Source: Pyrodictium occultum (GTDB lineage: Archaea; Thermoproteota; Thermoprotei_A; Sulfolobales; Pyrodictiaceae). From it: a DNA stretch of 32,000 bases. The stretch is taken from positions 810,001 to 842,000 of the forward strand of contig NZ_LNTB01000001.1 of assembly GCF_001462395.1 (NCBI RefSeq). Reading direction: 5' to 3'. A program made the translations under genes and the position numbers. The notes beneath the pieces were generated by a model, which did not search any database, was not told the origin of the DNA, and saw only the letters and a list, made by a program, of their open reading frames with translations. Position 1 is the first letter of the stretch. The number at the start of each line of letters is the position of its first letter. Positions 31,537-32,000 of the stretch are shown here, in pieces.

Positions 31537-31575
31537 CCGGCACCCGGTGGCCGGGGTTAGCTCCCTCTCTTTTTC
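31537..31575 (+). terminator. Imperfect GC hairpin followed by T5 downstream of the secreted-protein gene
   Basis: ccggcacccggtggccgg is an imperfect palindrome. It is followed by ctccctctctttttcc, with T5 at 31570-31574, 34-38 nt after the stop. Confidence 0.3.
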
Positions 31576-31675
31576 CACGGTCTTTGCCGCCTCTTGCATC
31601 TGCTTCACCGCGCGGCTCCCAGAGGGTCTCGGGGGCGCCGGCCCCAGCAGGGGTGCTTGATGGTGCAGAGACGCC

Positions 31676-32000
31676 ATGCCGGGGCTTGCCAGGGCTCTGG
31701 GCTACCTAGCGGCTGGTGTGCTGCTAGTCCTCCTCGCGGGTAAGATGCTCCGCCTACCCGTGGCCCTCATGATTGTCTACGGCACCTCCATGGAGCCTAC
31801 GTTTGAGCCCCTGGACCTGGTTCTCGGGGTGGAGCCTTGGCTGGCTGGGGGCGTGGAGAAGGGCGATGTAGTGGTCTGGTGCCTTCCGGGCGACTTCTGG
31901 AGGAGCAGCTGCGTCGTCCACCGCGTGGTGGACCTGGTGAACACGAGCAGGGGGGTGCTGGTGGTCACTAAGGGCGACGCGTTGGATGTCAGCGACCCGC
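31676..32000 (+). CDS. Signal peptidase I, Sec11/SipW (S26B) type, 5' part (continues off the right edge)
   Basis: Not in the track (open-ended). My translation: MPGLARALGYLAAGVLLVLLAGKMLRLPVALMIVYGTSMEPTFEPLDLVLGV...GDVVVW...VVHRVVDL...VVTKGDALDVSDP. The boxes are present: GTSMEP (Ser nucleophile), GDVVV, HRV (His-type, as in archaeal/eukaryal and SipW enzymes) and TKGD. An in-frame TGA at 31657-31659 fixes the start at ATG 31676. Confidence 0.85.
   Translation, partial: MPGLARALGYLAAGVLLVLLAGKMLRLPVALMIVYGTSMEPTFEPLDLVLGVEPWLAGGVEKGDVVVWCLPGDFWRSSCVVHRVVDLVNTSRGVLVVTKGDALDVSDP

Noticed and set aside
1-32000. Many other 60-260-aa ORFs in the six-frame track (e.g. 882..1442-, 1548..2231-, 7143..7766-, 7309..7881-, 8730..9338+, 12169..12945+, 13142..13702+, 17044..17655+, 19023..19547+, 20037..20624+, 20895..21494+, 21587..22294-, 22329..22904+, 27506..28180+)
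   Set aside because: All lie antisense to or out of frame with genes that have strong family motifs. Their translations are dominated by Arg/Pro/Gly/Ala/His, as expected for stop-poor alternative frames of GC-rich coding DNA.
1-32000. Search for CRISPR arrays, rRNA/tRNA genes, IS elements, integrases, toxin-antitoxin or defence-system genes
   Set aside because: I saw no regularly spaced direct repeats, no tRNA-like cloverleafs, and no transposase, integrase, nuclease or helicase motifs in any frame. Visual inspection cannot exclude small or degenerate elements.

Overview
Visibly GC-rich archaeal chromosomal DNA (GC not computed). Arg is mostly AGG, Ile mostly ATA, GTG/TTG starts are frequent, promoters look TATA-type, and many genes abut or overlap. 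This fits a hyperthermophilic crenarchaeon (Desulfurococcales-like); that assignment is inference only. No rRNA, tRNA, CRISPR array, transposase or integrase was seen.

Left third (mostly + strand):
- a truncated ABC ATPase
- a long-form KamA-family radical SAM protein
- a four-gene 2-oxoacid chain-elongation set: LeuA/homocitrate-synthase-like synthase, aconitase-type dehydratase large and small subunits, and a beta-decarboxylating dehydrogenase
- a glycerophosphodiesterase
- a dihydropteroate-synthase-like protein
- a decayed acyl-CoA dehydrogenase-like gene
- a PAP2 phosphatase
- a CoA-disulfide reductase/NADH oxidase

Middle (- strand): a complete FDH-N-type respiratory formate dehydrogenase cluster. 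It contains a Cys-type molybdopterin alpha subunit, a 4x[4Fe-4S] beta subunit, a cytochrome b gamma subunit, FdhD, FdhE and a second short FdhE-like gene. An overlapping ribK-mobA pair lies upstream. The alpha subunit's twin-arginine leader is present but sits out of frame behind an A5 run.

Right third (the most unusual part): a cell-surface/biofilm-like island.
- two paralogous membrane-spanning proteins, each with an extracytoplasmic domain and two C-terminal winged-helix domains
- between them, a 171-aa minimal exosortase/archaeosortase-like protein translationally coupled to a processive GT2 glycan synthase
- a frameshifted third paralogue
- a HAD phosphatase
- a soluble wHTH regulator
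- a sequon-rich secreted TasA/AbpA-like protein followed by a Sec11/SipW-type signal peptidase

At least five apparent frameshifts occur in three genes. At least two sit directly on homopolymer runs and a third is adjacent to short G4/C4 runs, so sequence quality must be checked before interpreting them biologically. All family assignments rest on motifs I read in the supplied translations. No database search was possible.
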